From the NCBI RefSeq assembly GCF_964194155.1, contig NC_135885.1, forward strand, positions 134,044,001-134,108,000: a DNA stretch of 64,000 nt, written 5' to 3'. Below, piece after piece: positions 1-12,805 of the stretch; position 1 is the first letter of the stretch, and every line of letters starts with the position of its first letter. Under the pieces are notes generated by a model, which was not told where the DNA came from, searched no databases, and saw only the letters and a list, made by a program, of their open reading frames with translations. The DNA comes from Cetorhinus maximus. Taxonomy: Eukaryota. The position numbers were made by a program, and so were the translations under genes.

Positions 1-2067
1 CTTGATTGCCCTGACTTTCTCCTCTACTGGATGCAACCCTTGGGCATCCACTTGATGGCACAAATAAGTGACTTCAGCCGTTTGGAAAGTAGATTTCTCT
101 TTTTTCAATCGTAAACCAGCCTCCAAAAATCTCCTTAAAACCTCTTCTAGGTTGGCCAAATGTTCGGCTTCCGTTGATCCTGTGATCAGGACATCATCCA
201 GGTACACTACTACTTGGGGAAGTCCTTATAGTAGGCTTTCCATGGTTCTTTGAAATATCGCACAGGCAGAAGACACACTGAAGGGTAGGCGTGTATATTG
301 GTACAGGCCCTTGTGCATGCTGATGGTTATATACCCTCTATTTGTGCTGTCCAGCTGTAGCTGTTGGTATGCATGGCACATGTCTTGTTTAGTGTACGAT
401 CTTCCTCTTGCAAGTTTAATGTATAGGTCTTCAATTCTTGGGATTGGATATTTGTCTAATTTAGCAGCCTTGTTCACAGTTAATTTGTAGCCTCCACAGA
501 TGCAAATGGTTTAATCTGGTTTCATTGCAGGGACTATGGATGCTGCCCATTCTGAAAACTGGACTGGCTGGATTATTCCTAACTCCTCTAAATGGTACAA
601 TTCTGTATCCATATTCCCCTTTAGGCTGTAAGGCACAGGTCTGGCCTTAAAGAACCAGGGTGTTGCCTCCGAATCTACATATATCTTAACTTGTATCCTT
701 TATCTTTCTCAACTTATCTTGGAATATGCTGTCATACTTTTTAACAGCGCAGGAATTCCTCCTGTTCTAACTTGAAAAATTTCTGACCAGCTGAGCTTAA
801 TTTTTTTTAACCAGTCGCAACCCAGATGGCTAGGTCCTTCACTTGTTACAACAATCACTGGCAGCTGGGCTGTCTGTTGCCTGTAGGATACAGGTACAGA
901 GGCGGTGCCTTTAGCCTGTAATGCCTCTCCAGTGTACATCTTCAGCTGAGCCATGGTTTGCTCCAGATTCAGTGGCTGGGTACTTTTAATGAGGTATTTA
1001 GAGGAATGTTCTCCCACCGCTGTGGTCGATGCTCCTGTGTCAACCTCCATGGCTGGAGCCTTCCCATTTACTTGAAGGGTAATGGTGATTGGTTCAGTTT
1101 TCCTTGCCTTAAGATTGTATAGGGAATAGATATCTGTATCAGCAGCTTCTGGTTTGTTTATATTGTGCGCTTCAATCACCTTGGTCTGCTGTCTAATTGG
1201 CTGTCTCGATTTCACCCTGTATTGCTTTATTACACGCCCTTTTTGTGACAGTAGTGGCAATCTGCCTCTTTAAATCTGCAGGTTTCCAATACATGGTTGC
1301 CCCCACATTGGTAACAACTTAATTTCTGAATCGCTGGTGAGCCGCTTCCAGTGTTTCTTTTTGTTTTTTGAGCGGCAGGGCCTGTGTCCGGCTTTGCGGT
1401 TATCTCCCTGGTTTTCATGCCATGCCCGGTGGGAGGTTCCTGTCCCAACTGAAGAACGGCACCATGCTGCACGCTCTGCAAAGCCTGCGAGTCTCTCTCA
1501 GTACTCTCTATTGCTAGCGCTATCTCCATGACGAGCTTCAGGTCCATATTAACTGCTGAAAGTAAACGGCGCTGAATGGCGTCATCATGTACGCTACAAA
1601 CCAAACGATCTTGCAACATGTCATTTAGAGTATCTCCGACTTCACAGTGCACCATTACTTCGCGATGTACGTTGCGATTGACTCACCGGGGGCCTTTACT
1701 CTAGAGTTGGGCTTGAATCTTTGCATGATCACCGATGGTTTAGGCCGAAAATGTGCCTTCACAAGGTCTACTAGCTCGTTAAAGGATCTGGAGTTTGGCG
1801 CGTCCGGGGCTGCCAGACTACAGACTAGGTTATACGTCTTGCTCCCATGGACACTTAGAAGAATTGCTTTTTGTTTCTCCTTTGCCGCTATTTCGTTCGC
1901 CACAAAGTAGAAACCTAGGCGCTCTATATACTTACCCCAGTCTTCAATGGTTGAGTCGTATGGGCCAATTCTTCAAAAGAGTGGCATGACTGGTAAGTAT
2001 ATTCTTTCTTCCCTTAAAAATTGAAATACTCACATTCGCGAGGTGAGGTCCAGCGTCGGAGCCATTT

Positions 2068-2080
2068 ATCCTTGTCGCCA
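2068..2080 (-). promoter_or_regulatory. Primer-binding site, probably tRNA-Ser(GCT)
   Basis: TGGCGACAAGGAT 2 nt after the LTR; complementary to the tRNA-Ser(GCT) 3' end ATCCTCGTCGCCA with one mismatch. Confidence 0.75.
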
Positions 2081-2082
2081 AT

Positions 2083-2283
2083 TGTAATAAACTTGGTGTA
2101 ATGGACAGGTTTCTTGTTCGAAACAGTAAACTTTATTTAGAGCTCCTGATGAAGCTACATGCTTGTACTAAGACCAAAGCTAGAAAACGCCGCCCCTAAG
2201 ATTACCTGCGGTTAGGGCTGATTCATCTGTACAGTCACATGATCCCCAAAACAGTATGAAAGGTTTTACCTACAATCACTACA
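2083..2283 (-). repeat. 5' LTR (~200 bp) of the Gypsy element
   Basis: TG...CA termini on minus strand (TGTAGT...ATTACA), AATAAA at ~2132-2137, directly followed by a PBS. Confidence 0.8.
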
Positions 2284-2529
2284 CTGCTCCTCATAGTGGA
2301 CTGGCTGCAGTCACAACAGTGACCGCTGCTTCCGATGGTGCTGTTGGTTCTGGACAGCTGCTGGCCAGCTCTGGGAGGCGGGACATGGTCCCAGATGGGG
2401 GTGGAAGTCATGGCCTTAGGCACTTAAAAGCTTGATAGTCGTAAAATCAGATCGTGGCTTCCTGGCCTTGTGCAGGCTGGTTTGCCCACGACTTTTCAGT
2501 TGAGGGCCAGGGGACACAAAATATTCCAG

Positions 2530-2818
2530 CCAATGTTTCCCTTGGCTGGGGAATCTAAAACATGGGGTCACAGTCTCTGAATAAGGAGTTGGCCATTTTT
2601 CACTGAGATGAGGAGAAATTCCTTCACTCAAAGGATTGTGAATCATTGACATTCTCAGTCCCAGAGAGCTGTGGATGCTCAGTCGTTGAGCATATGCGAG
2701 AGAGAAGTTGATTGATTTTGGGGGTATTGAGGGAACTAAGGAAGACAGGAATAATGCAGGAAAGGGGTAGAAGATCAGCTGTGATCTTGGTCAAAGGCTG
2801 AACTGGCTCAAATGGCCA
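2530..2818 (+). mobile_element. CR1 LINE 3' fragment
   Basis: Decayed ORF2 C-terminus (FPLAGESKTWGHSL) and CR1-type 3' UTR, matching other CR1 copies in the window. Confidence 0.8.
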
Positions 2819-4214
2819 TCATTTTCAGCTGCATTTAAGAATGATTAAATGCATTGATAAAACAAGTGGTGAGGGGAAAATATAGAACGTCGCCTTGGAG
2901 TTATGCAAACTTTGAAGTATTGTTAATGAACAATATATTAATCAATGATAGTCATTACTTAAGTATAGAAAAATGTTATTTTATTTGGCCCTTATTAAAA
3001 ATGTCATTGATAATTAATGCAGCAATGTGAGAGGTAATGCAGCCAGCTAGATTTATAGAATATGCTTTAACTGCCAGGCCACTAAGCCAATTTGTGTTAC
3101 ACCCTTAGGCCCAGAATGTAGAGCGATTTAAAACAATCTTTTTCATTCCATCTTGGGTGAGGAACACATTCGATTTTTAGTTGAATGGTCGATTGATCTC
3201 TGGATTTTAATGTTTACTTACAGATGGTGGGTCTGGTTTGTGTGAACCATTTTGAAACTGTCATATAGGTGGCCCTGTTGGACAGAAAGGGTTTAATCAC
3301 CAGAATATTTCTAAATGATACTCCTGCCAGTGACGACGGAAGCATTAGCAGACAGCTAATCTGCTCCCCTCACACAAGCAAGTGAAGGGACAGAGTTGTT
3401 GTTTGGTGCCTCTCCCTACACAACTCCTGAAAAGCATTTTGCATAAGAAAGAGGTCCCTTTTACTTCTGGAATAACTGCTGCCAAAGAAAGTGTGGCACC
3501 AGTAGCGACTGAGGCTGTAGCCATGTACACAGAAAGCTTACAGTGTTATTCTCCGAGCCCATTGAACTGCCCGAGCAGCTGTGAGATGTGATATCCTTCT
3601 TCCTCATACATGCTGAATGAGGAGAAATTTTCACCCAGTCCATACACCCATTGTAAGCCTCTATTAATTTAAACCATCATTTCCTATTAAGATTTTATAA
3701 TGTGAATTGATAGGATAAAATAGCTTTTAATTTTGAACCAGTTATGGCATATTTCAGATTTCCTGTGTAATGTTTAAATTGTTGAACTCCCAGTGTTGTA
3801 GGTTAAGAGTGATTAACCTCAGTAATATTAAGGGTCATTTTCCAGATTTGCGCTACCAGTGGGAAGCCTTATCCTCCCGAAAGTGCTAATTCAAAGTTCA
3901 GGTGCTCGCTGAGCCTGATTTTTCGATCATGGACTTACGTCTGTGGCATGAATGTCTTAACCTTTCACTTTTGACTCTTGGCCAGCTGCATAAATAATCT
4001 TTTGGCTTGCCTGCCCAAAGCTGGCGCCCAGATGCAGTCCGCTTGCTTGTAAAGCCTGTCCAAATTGAGCAGTCCAGAGTTAAATCACTGGCGGAAAGGA
4101 GGATTTGCAGGGCTGAGGTTTGGCCCACAGGCCGCATGAATTTCCTTGTCAGCCTCAGGGGAACACTTCTGCAAGTATGTTTTAAACTTTCCTGAAAAGG
4201 CTTCTGCTGAACGT

Positions 4215-4749
4215 CCAAAACCATGAGGGGTCTGGACAGAATAGGTCAGGAGAGATTGTTCCCATTGGTGGAAGGATTGAGGGCCAAAGGGCACAAACCC
4301 AAGGTGATTGGTAAAAGAAGCAATCGACATGAGGAAAAGCATTTTTACTTAGAGAGCAGTTAGGATCATTAGGCGGGGTCATAAGGCAGAGGTAGATTGA
4401 TTCTTGTTAGGCAAGGGAATCAAAGATTTATTGGGGTTAGATGGGAATTTAGAAGCCGAAACACAAGATCATCAGCCATGATCTTATTGAATGGCGGAGC
4501 AGGCTCAAGGGGCCGAATGGTCTACTCCTGTTCCTATTTCTTATGATCTGGAATGCACTGCCTAAGAGTGTGGTGAAGGCAGATTCAATCGATGCCTTCG
4601 AAAGAGAATTGGTTAATTATCTGAAGAGAAGAAATTTGCAAGGCTGCAGGGAAAGGGCAGGGGAGTGGGACTAGATAAGTTGCTCTTGCAGAGAGCCAGC
4701 ACAGACATAATGGACCGAATGGCATCATTCTGTGTTCCAACCTTTCTAT
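4215..4749 (+). mobile_element. CR1 LINE 3' fragments (two nested copies)
   Basis: ORF2 C-terminal remnants and two 3' UTRs (GGCCGAATGG...CTCCTG) with microsatellite tails. Confidence 0.8.
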
Positions 4750-5429
4750 GGGCTGAATTTTACTGACTCTTGGGAGATGGACAGGGAGGCACGGTAGCCA
4801 GTAAAATTGCAGGGAGTCAGGTCAGATTAGCTGCCAGGCACTGTCCCACCATCAGGCAATTTTGCCAGTGGTGAGATCAGATGGGGAGAGGCTGCCCGCC
4901 CCAAGGGCTATTTTACGTTTTTGACAGAATCTTTCCAATGGTGGGGTGACTTCCTGCTGCCTGAGGAGGCTGCCAGCTAATTGGAGTGGCCTCCTAGCGG
5001 CAGCCCAGGGTCGAAGGCCTCATGGGCTAAAGTAGGGGCCATGGGGAGGGAATGTGGCTCCCACAGCCCCAACGACCTTCCCGGAAGTGTTTCCCCTCCG
5101 ATCCTCCGCCCTGTGATTTGTTTTTTAGTTTTTTTTAAATTTAACTCACTTGTCCTTGATCTGCTAGGTCTGCTACATTCCTCACCGGTGACCAGCCCTC
5201 CCGGTGGCACTGGAGCTTCAGGGCTTCAGGGCTGCCAACCTTGAGATTGGGCCAGCAATATCAGGAGCTTGCCCACTGCCCTTAGTTTGACAATGTGCCT
5301 ACAGACAGCTGATTAAGAGGCCGCCTGTGGTAAAATTGCCAAGCAGGTCCCAACGACAACAAGTGCAGGCTTGAGGCCTACTTTGTGCCTCAAAATCGGG
5401 GACCCCAATCAGATGACAAAACTCAGCCC
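4750..5429. mobile_element. Harbinger-type MITE
   Basis: TIRs GGGCTGAATTTT...AAAACTCAGCCC, 3-bp flanks TAT/TGT; inserted in a CR1 TTCTATGA tail. Confidence 0.75.
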
Positions 5430-6145
5430 TGTGATTCTATGATTTTACTGCCACCCAGAGGCATCAAAGTCCATTACTTTGAATTTAACCCCCTTGGTTT
5501 CCCTTGCACGGAGGGGGTCAACACTCACCCCTATGGTGTTTAGACTATTGGAGATATAACAGTTATTAGAATAAGACATCTTACTTAGAAAAAAGTAACA
5601 AATCAAAGGAAACAAGGAGCAGCAAACATGAGAGAATGGACCATGGAAGCCAGTGCGAGGCAGAGCAAAAATGAACATTTCTGAGGTCGTTATCATGTCT
5701 ATTTTAGTAATAGAATGCCAACATTACAGCAATAAAGCTATTGCTGACAGTTGAATGGCATTATTATTACAATATTAGTATTTGCCGTTTTGATACTGCC
5801 TCCTATATTCAGGCTGAGACTATCGGCAGTGGAGTCTCGGAATTTCCGCCAATGTCATTGTAACCCTGTATATTATGGAATTCGGAAGGTTTCTCTTATT
5901 CCTTGGGAGCTGGGGGGCACCCTACCCAATAAAATGTTTCTTTTCTTTTTCGCCTCACCCTATCTGCTCCCCTTTATCATCCGACACTTTCTATAGCACA
6001 TGGTTTTCCTCGTGAAATTTTCAGGGGAGGTTTGAGTTAATCTCTTCTCCACAGTGTGCGCTATTATTTCAATAATTGATTTCCTGATGCCTGATGAATA
6101 GGCTTCCTGGCAGACATTAAGTAAGGTGGATTTCATTTCATTTCA

Positions 6146-6535
6146 TTTTTAAATTTTATTCCTTCATGGGATGCGGGTGTGACTGGCAAGGCCAGCATTT
6201 GTGGACCATCTCTTGAACTGTGTGGCTTGCCACACCATTTCAAAGGGCATTAAGAGTCAACCAGATTGCTGTGGGCCTGGAGTCACATGCAGGCCAGACT
6301 GGGTAAGGATGGCAGATTCCCCTTCTCTAAAGGACACTAGTGAACCAGATGGGTTTTTACGACAATTGGCAATGGTTTCATGGTCACTGTTACTGAGACA
6401 AGCTTTTCAATTCTAGATTGCTAATTGAATTTAAACTCCACCAGCTGCCAATGTGGAATCTGAACTCTCATCCCCCAGAATCTTAGCCTGGGCCTCTGGA
6501 TTACTAGCCTAGTGACATTACCACTACACCGCCAT
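6146..6535 (-). mobile_element. tRNA-derived SINE sharing both head and 3' tail with LINE-B
   Basis: A/B-box-like head near 6535-6450, body matching 54720-54986, tail matching the LINE-B 3' end (AAATGCTGGCCTTGCCAG...CATCCC...AATAAAA). Confidence 0.8.
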
Positions 6536-8048
6536 CATTTAGAGAGGCAATTATAGAGAAGCTCACCATATCTGCAATGTGCGGTTATGTATGCCGACCA
6601 GCCTTAACTGATAAAATGCCCCTACAATCTGTTGTAATTATCCCATCATTTTGCAGCCTTCCATTGGCTCTTTTGGGTTAAAGTAACAATAAGCAATTTT
6701 CATTCAAGTTTATTACTGTTGTAGGGTGTGGAACCTTGAGAGCTCACGTGAGGAAGAATCTCAATTGCGACTATATACTTAAGATAAAAACAGATGCAAT
6801 GTTCTGTCATCCACTGAGTTATAGAAATTTCCACGAGTCTCTTAACAGAATATACGTCACTATTGCAATAGCTCCTCAAGGGCCACTGGGGCAATTTTAA
6901 CTGTTAGAAATGACCATGTTGCACCAGCTGTTTTTCAGTATCCAGTCCCTATTTTGGCAGCCATAGTTGTAGACTGGCAAACACTTTGCTTCTGTTTATG
7001 AAGTAGGGATGGAAATGCTGAGGTAGGATAAACTTCATGTATCGCAATCGGGAAGCTGAGCTTGTGCAAGGCAGTTAGTCAATTGGTTCAGTCAGGCTAG
7101 TTTCCATTAACGTTAGTAGACTGTGACACTGTTGGACTGAATTAGATATGCCTGTCAAAATGGAAATGGTGCTGAAGTTCCCAGTTTCATTCTCTTAGGT
7201 GTTCGAGGTAGAAATCATTCAAGATTGTTAAAACAAAGCTTCCGTGATATATTCAATCATTCTGAAAAATGATATGGCTCACCAAAATGAAATGTCTTCT
7301 ACAGTGCTATTGCTCTTGCATTTAAACAAATTTGGCAGATCATTTATCCTTACAGATGGCAAATGATCAATGCAGCATATTTTCGACAGTTACTAAACCC
7401 AACATGTTCAGATATATAAAAGGTTTATTGCCTCTTTTAAGTAAAACAACAAGAAACATGTTGATTTGAGCATAATGTTGATAAGGGGGAGACATTTTTC
7501 ATAATAAGATGCAAACTGTGATTTCTCAAAATGTGAGATTAAGTACTTCTGTCCAGTTGGTACTCCAAAAACTCCAATAAGTCCCTGGTGGGAACACAGT
7601 AAATTGTGACGCATGAATTAGCACCAGCAGCAATCATCACATATCAAGTCCCGGTCTCAGAGGCAAGATGGAAGTAAAGACCAAGTGCAAAGGCAACCAT
7701 TTTTCACAGAAGGGGAGCTATTTATTTCAATCAGAGATTTCTTTAATATGGAGAATGTCAGCAACAATTTTGTGAAAGAAACAAACAATCACAAAAAGAC
7801 CAACACTCGCATCGGTGATGGCAGCCTTCTGTCCTGTAAGACGATAGAGTTGACCGCCGCACTGCAACTGTATTAAGCATCACTTGGTGTAGTTCTGGAG
7901 CCCCACTCTGGTAAGGCAGTCTCTGCCGCATTTGAAGAGAAGGTGCACAATTCGCTGGCCTCTGTTTTCTCCACGACCTCTTGTTGCAGGGACTAATATT
8001 TTTAAGAAAATCAGCTGCGTTCCCAATAATACATAAGGTAGAAGGTTT

Positions 8049-8170
8049 TGTAGCTCAGTAGCTAGCACCCCTACCTCTGAACCAGGAACTCTGGATTTAA
8101 GTCCCACTCCAGGACTTGTTGGCTGTTCATGATGTGGCTCAACCAGGCTAATAATCAGCCTGCTAACATT
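8049..8170 (+). mobile_element. Degenerate tRNA-derived SINE head
   Basis: TAGCTCAGTAG A-box and TTTAAGTCCCACTCCAG B-box-like motif; similar heads at ~15868-16000 and ~33755-33870. Confidence 0.55.
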
Positions 8171-8258
8171 CCTCCACTATTCTCCCAAAGGGAAAAGAGT
8201 GTATGTAAAGATTGAAACAAACAAAAGGATGCATAAAACATACAGAATTGCTGGAAAT

Positions 8259-8446
8259 CTTCTTCTTCTTAGCCCATCCCTTGAGATCAAAGGTGACTAG
8301 CTTCCACCCTGGATCGATGGGTTCTAAGATGGCTGATAAGTCCAGTGCTTGTTCTGCAGGCTCTGACGCATGTGGGGCAGATGGTGCTTGAAGGGTTGGC
8401 TAGATGAAGTGATTGAGGGCTTGTGCATTCTTGACTTCACCTCTCT
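8259..8446 (-). mobile_element. RTE-clade LINE 3' end (left half, split by Harbinger)
   Basis: (AAG)n-like tail at 8259-8270; continues at 12504. Confidence 0.65.
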
Positions 8447-8703
8447 GGGGAGAGTTTTCCCCATGTTGGGCAGGCTGTGGGGGAGCGGCCGCGGGTGGTC
8501 GCGGACCCGATTGCTGCCGGCGATTGGGACTGCGCCACCATTTTACGCGGGTGGGCCAATTAAGGCCCGCCCAGCGTGTTTGCCGGCTCCCGGGGACAGC
8601 GGGACTGGGCAGGCGGTGACGGATCAGCAATTGCCACCGGGTTCAATGGCGACCCGGTGGCCTGTTTAAAGGCCAAGCTGCAGCCGCTCCAAGGCTGCTG
8701 GAC

Positions 8704-10873
8704 ATGGCCAGAGGTCGGGGCCAAGGCATACCCAGGCTGGTCAAGCAGGAGGGTAGGGCGGGTGGTCACTGTTCATCCAGGTTTTCTGACGAGTGCCTTG
8801 CTGCCCTCCTTGAGAAGGTGGCAGCACGGCGGGAGGTGCTCGTCCCCGAGGATGGAAGGAGGAGGCCCCCCTACTTGACTAAGTGTGCGTGGGAGGAGGT
8901 AGCGGAGGTTGTGAGCTCCCACGACGTGGTGTGGCGCTCATGAGCCCAGTGCCACAAGCGCTTCAATGACCTGCTGCGTACGGGAAGGGTGAGTAGCATG
9001 TTGGCATCCTTCACTTCACCCATCATGTAACCTTCTCCCCCGCTGGCGCCCCACCCATGTCTGAGTGGCCTGAGTGCAATAAGTCATTGACGGCATGTGT
9101 CCTTAGCTGGGCGGCCCAACAGATACTCCCTGTGCGTTGGTCAGCCTGAGAGGGTGGTGATGAGATGAATTCTGCACCCGCAGCATGTGGTGGACTGAGA
9201 CCCACATGACTGTGGTGGGGGTAACCTGGAGAATCTGCACCCAGGCGCAGTGCTCGAACTCCAGGACATGTTGAAGTCAGGGTGATGACATGGCGGGAGG
9301 GGGTCGTCAAGGTGACGTGGAACAGATTGATCTGCTGCCCTCTGCGATCCACGTCATTGTGCTTCCTTGCTAAGGCAGGTTAAACTGTGTGCTCCCAAGT
9401 GACGAAGGCAGCATGTGGCCAAGGTTGGGGGGGATGTGGGAAGGACACACCTGGCATATTTGTGTGAGTGTTCGGCAGCAGCGGGGTAAGGATGCATTGG
9501 ACCCCTGCAATGGCCAACTGGGCTTGGGGTAGGCCGGCCGAGAGGAGATTCACGGTACAAGTATCACTTGTCAATGCTCTTTTCTCATTTCCAGAATTCT
9601 CACAGCACCGCCGAGCGGGTGAGGACTGGTGGTGGGCCAGCCCAGGTTGTGCTGCTCAGCCGCCTCAAGCAGGAGGCCCTTGACCTGGAGAGGCGCCATG
9701 CGCCCAGGTCCACCGGAGCCGGAGAGGCTGGGGTTCCACGGGCAGGTATGTGTGGCCAGCACTCATGTCACCAGTAATCTCCCAACATCCATGGCAGTGC
9801 TGATTGTTCAGTGAGTGACGTTACCAACATGGCTTGCCCATTGTGTGTGGAATGATGAGCGCTTGACGATCCGGGGGACAGGCATGTACATTGACATTGC
9901 CCGCAGGCTAACTGATCGAATTTCCTTACTCTTCCTTTCAGCATCAGAGGTGCAGGGTCGGGACCCAGAGAAGCAGGGCCCCCTCTGACACCTGAGGGCC
10001 ATGAACTGCCAACATCACCAACGTCATACCATCTCTGCCAGGCAGGCACCAGCGCAGATACTGGCACCTTGGTTGGCATCAGATATTCGGCTAGTGCCCA
10101 GGGGCACAGCAGTGAGGGCACTTCACAGTCACTAGAGGAGCTGGCGGAGACAGAGAGTGCCCATGGTGCCAGCAGTCGGAGGACTGCAGGGGACCAAGCA
10201 CATGCTCAGTCTGTGGCTGATGATGAGCCTCCGGAGTTGTCCACAATGCAGCCAACTCATGAGATGCAGCCGGGTGTGCGGGACCATCTGGTGGAGATAT
10301 TTGAGGCTGTGCTTGGCTTGGTGTCAGTAGTGGAGGAGTCTACGTGGACCGTAGCCAATGCATGAGCCTTATGCATGAGCGCCAAGCTTCCCCCATGGAG
10401 AGAGTGGCGACTCTCATGGAGAGGCAGTTCCAGGGACAGGATCAGGGGTTCCTGGGGTTGTGCTTGGACCTGCAATCCCTCACAGGGACATTGATCCCAG
10501 GTGGTCAGTGCCTCGGTGCCCATCCATCTACTGTGAGCAGGGAGGGCCAAATGGACCTCACGTCGGCGGACATCTGTTTATCATCTCTGCTGGTGCCTCT
10601 CAGGGTGCTCTGGATGAGGCCGACAGCTCCTCTGCCCCTCTGCCAGTGACCGCGGCACCCAATGAGGCTGCGGCGGCTGGGGAGATGCCAGCTGCAGAGC
10701 TGACAGCTCCCTCCCAGGCCAGGCAAGCACAGGCTCCATGGGCCAGAGGACGTCCGCCAAGGTTATCGAGGCCAACAGGACAGCAGAGGGAGCAGGCTGT
10801 CGCAGATGCCAGTGCCAGCGAGGGGGCACCACAAAGACGTAGCACCCACAAATGTAAAATTAAGGCACCTTAG
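8704..10873 (+). pseudogene. Harbinger Myb/SANT-like DNA-binding protein, 3 exons (8704-8988, 9595-9745, 9942-~10873), disrupted
   Basis: RFSDECLAALLEKV...AWEEVAEVV...*AQCHKRFNDL trihelix motif, RTGGGP motif in exon 2, canonical GT-AG sites (GTGAGT, TTCCAG, GTATGT, TTTCAG); stop at 8941 and frameshifts. Confidence 0.85.
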
Positions 10874-11199
10874 GCACACCCCAGGTTCATCACTGGTGGT
10901 TTTTTGTTGGCCCCTCGATGAGTTCCTTCTGATTGTGTTTGCAGTGCGACACCATTTTATTTGTGTTATGTTAAGAGACTTTTGTGAAAGCATTAAATCA
11001 AGATCGTCTAACATGGCTGGGGGTGCCTCTTTTCTTGGGCAGGTGGATGGATTCCTGAGATGTTATGAGTGATTTGTGTGTCATTGACATTTATTGACTG
11101 GGCCCATCATCAATGCTCCTATCCTGACAGATTTGGCACTAATGTCTCCAGTATGGAGTCTGCAGCCCAGGCTTGTGTTGGAAGTCCATATGTGCTGTG

Positions 11200-12290
11200 C
11201 TAGCTGAAGGTTCCTTGGATTAGAGCATCCCGGGTGTCCCTGCCTCCCTGGAGTATGCCCGGGTCAGTGTCTACCCCCTCAGCATTTCCCTGTACGTGCT
11301 CATCCTCGGACTCGCTGCTGGATTCATCGTGTGCAGCCGCAGCCACTGTGTCTACATCTTCCTCGTCCACAGCGTCCCCCCTTTCCAGCGCAAGATTGTG
11401 AAGAGCGCAACATACAGCCATTATCACCGACACACGATCTAGGGAGTACTGGAGTGCGCCCCTGGAACGGTCCAGGCATCGGAAGCACATCTTGAGAAGA
11501 CCAATGGCTCTCTCCACCACAGCCCTTGTGATGCCCTGGCTCCTATTGTACCGCTGCTCAGCTTCTGTTCTTGGACGGCAGAGAGGCGTCATGAGCCACC
11601 TTCTGAGGGGATAGCCATTGTCACCCAGCAGCCATCCATCCAGCCGGGCTGGAGCACTGAAGAGCCCCGGCACCTGGGAGTGTCTGAGGATGTAGGTGTC
11701 GTGGGAACTGCCTGGGTGCCTTGCACAGACTTGTAGAATCTGCATCCTGTGATCACGCACTATCTGCACGTTCATGGAGTGGAAGCCCTTCCTGTTGACG
11801 AAGGCACCGGGCTCACCTGCTGGCGCCTTGATGGCCACATGTGTACAGTCTATAGCACCCTGGACGCGAGGGAAGCCAGCAATGGTCGCAAAGCCTCTGG
11901 CTTGCTCTTTCTGGCCTTGTCCCAGCAGTAGTGGATGAAGGTCAAGGCACACCTGAACAGAGCGTCTGTGACCTGCTTGACACAAGTTTGGACAGCTGAT
12001 TGGGAGACACCGCAAAGATCACCCACCGAGCCCTGGAAAGAGCCAGAGGCACAGAATTTGAGGGCAACTGTGACCTTTAGAGCGACTGGCATGGGGTGTC
12101 CACCCACACATTTAACTGAGATCTCTGGACCAACCATCTGGCAGATAGTGTTGACTGTCTCCCTTGACAGACGGAGCCTCCTTCGTCACTGCACCTCAGA
12201 CATATTGAGGTAGCTGCTTCGCCACCTGTATACCCGAGCAGCAGGATAGTGGCGTCTTCTGCGGCCCCTTCCAACCTGGACTACCTCTTG
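11200..12290 (-). pseudogene. Harbinger (HARBI1-like) DDE transposase, frameshifted, N-terminus deleted
   Basis: [47 protein letters not shown] motifs; HTH region [18 protein letters not shown] lies in a different frame. Confidence 0.93.
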
Positions 12291-12503
12291 GTGCCGCAAA
12301 ATCCCCGTCAATTCGAGCCTCAAGGACCTTAAGTGGCCCATTAATTAATGACAGGCGCGCAGCGCACATCATTGCATGCCCGCCCACTGAAATATCGCGA
12401 TGGTGCGTGGTGACATCATGATGCACGCCCGACGTTACCGTGCATCATTTTACGCGTCTGCATGCGGGTCCCGCCCCCGCACGCCGACAGAAAAATTCTG
12501 CAC

Positions 12504-12805
12504 TATGGGTTCCCAATGAAGTGTCTCAATCTGGGTGATGCCTTCTCGAATGATCCTTATCCGTTTTGGTCAGCCATTGGCCAAGGACTCCCATGAGTCA
12601 GTAGGGATGTTTGACCTCTTCAAGGATACTTTGAGGACATCCCTAAAGCATTTCTGCTATCCTCCTAGGAGTAGCCTATCGGGACTGAGTTCTGAGTAGA
12701 GGTGTTGCTTCAGGAGTCTCGTGCTGGGCATACGAGTGAGATGTCCTGCCCAGCAGTTTTGACAGATTAATGCCTTAATGTTAGTCATGTTGGCTTGGGA
12801 GAGAA
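12504..12805 (-). mobile_element. RTE-clade LINE ORF C-terminus (right half)
   Basis: Minus strand reads ..AGHLTRMPSTRLLKQHLYSEL...FRDVLKVSLKRSNIPTDSWESLA, typical of the RTE C-terminus. Confidence 0.8.

Larger units (their letters stand above)
1..2283 (-). mobile_element. Decayed Ty3/Gypsy LTR retrotransposon, 5' part (LTR-PBS-gag-protease-RT); runs off the window start
   Basis: Minus-strand gag from ~1987 with zinc knuckles (CYQCGGNH..C, CHYCHKKG), aspartic protease (MEVDTGAS) and RT motifs (YPIPRIEDL, YQYTRLPF, YLDDVL); stops and frameshifts throughout. Confidence 0.95.
8447..12503. mobile_element. PIF/Harbinger DNA transposon, near full length, decayed (Harbinger-1)
   Basis: TIRs GGGGAGAGTTTT...AAAATTCTGCAC, 3-bp flanks TCT/TAT, convergent Myb/SANT gene (+) and DDE transposase (-). 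Confidence 0.92.

Noticed and set aside
7873-7992. Possible minus-strand terminal exon SLQQEVVEK...PSDA*
   Set aside because: Weak acceptor, short, no recognisable homology.
11200-12015. Domesticated host HARBI1 gene
   Set aside because: It lies between TIRs with a Myb partner, is frameshifted, and has close paralogues in the window, so it is a transposon copy.
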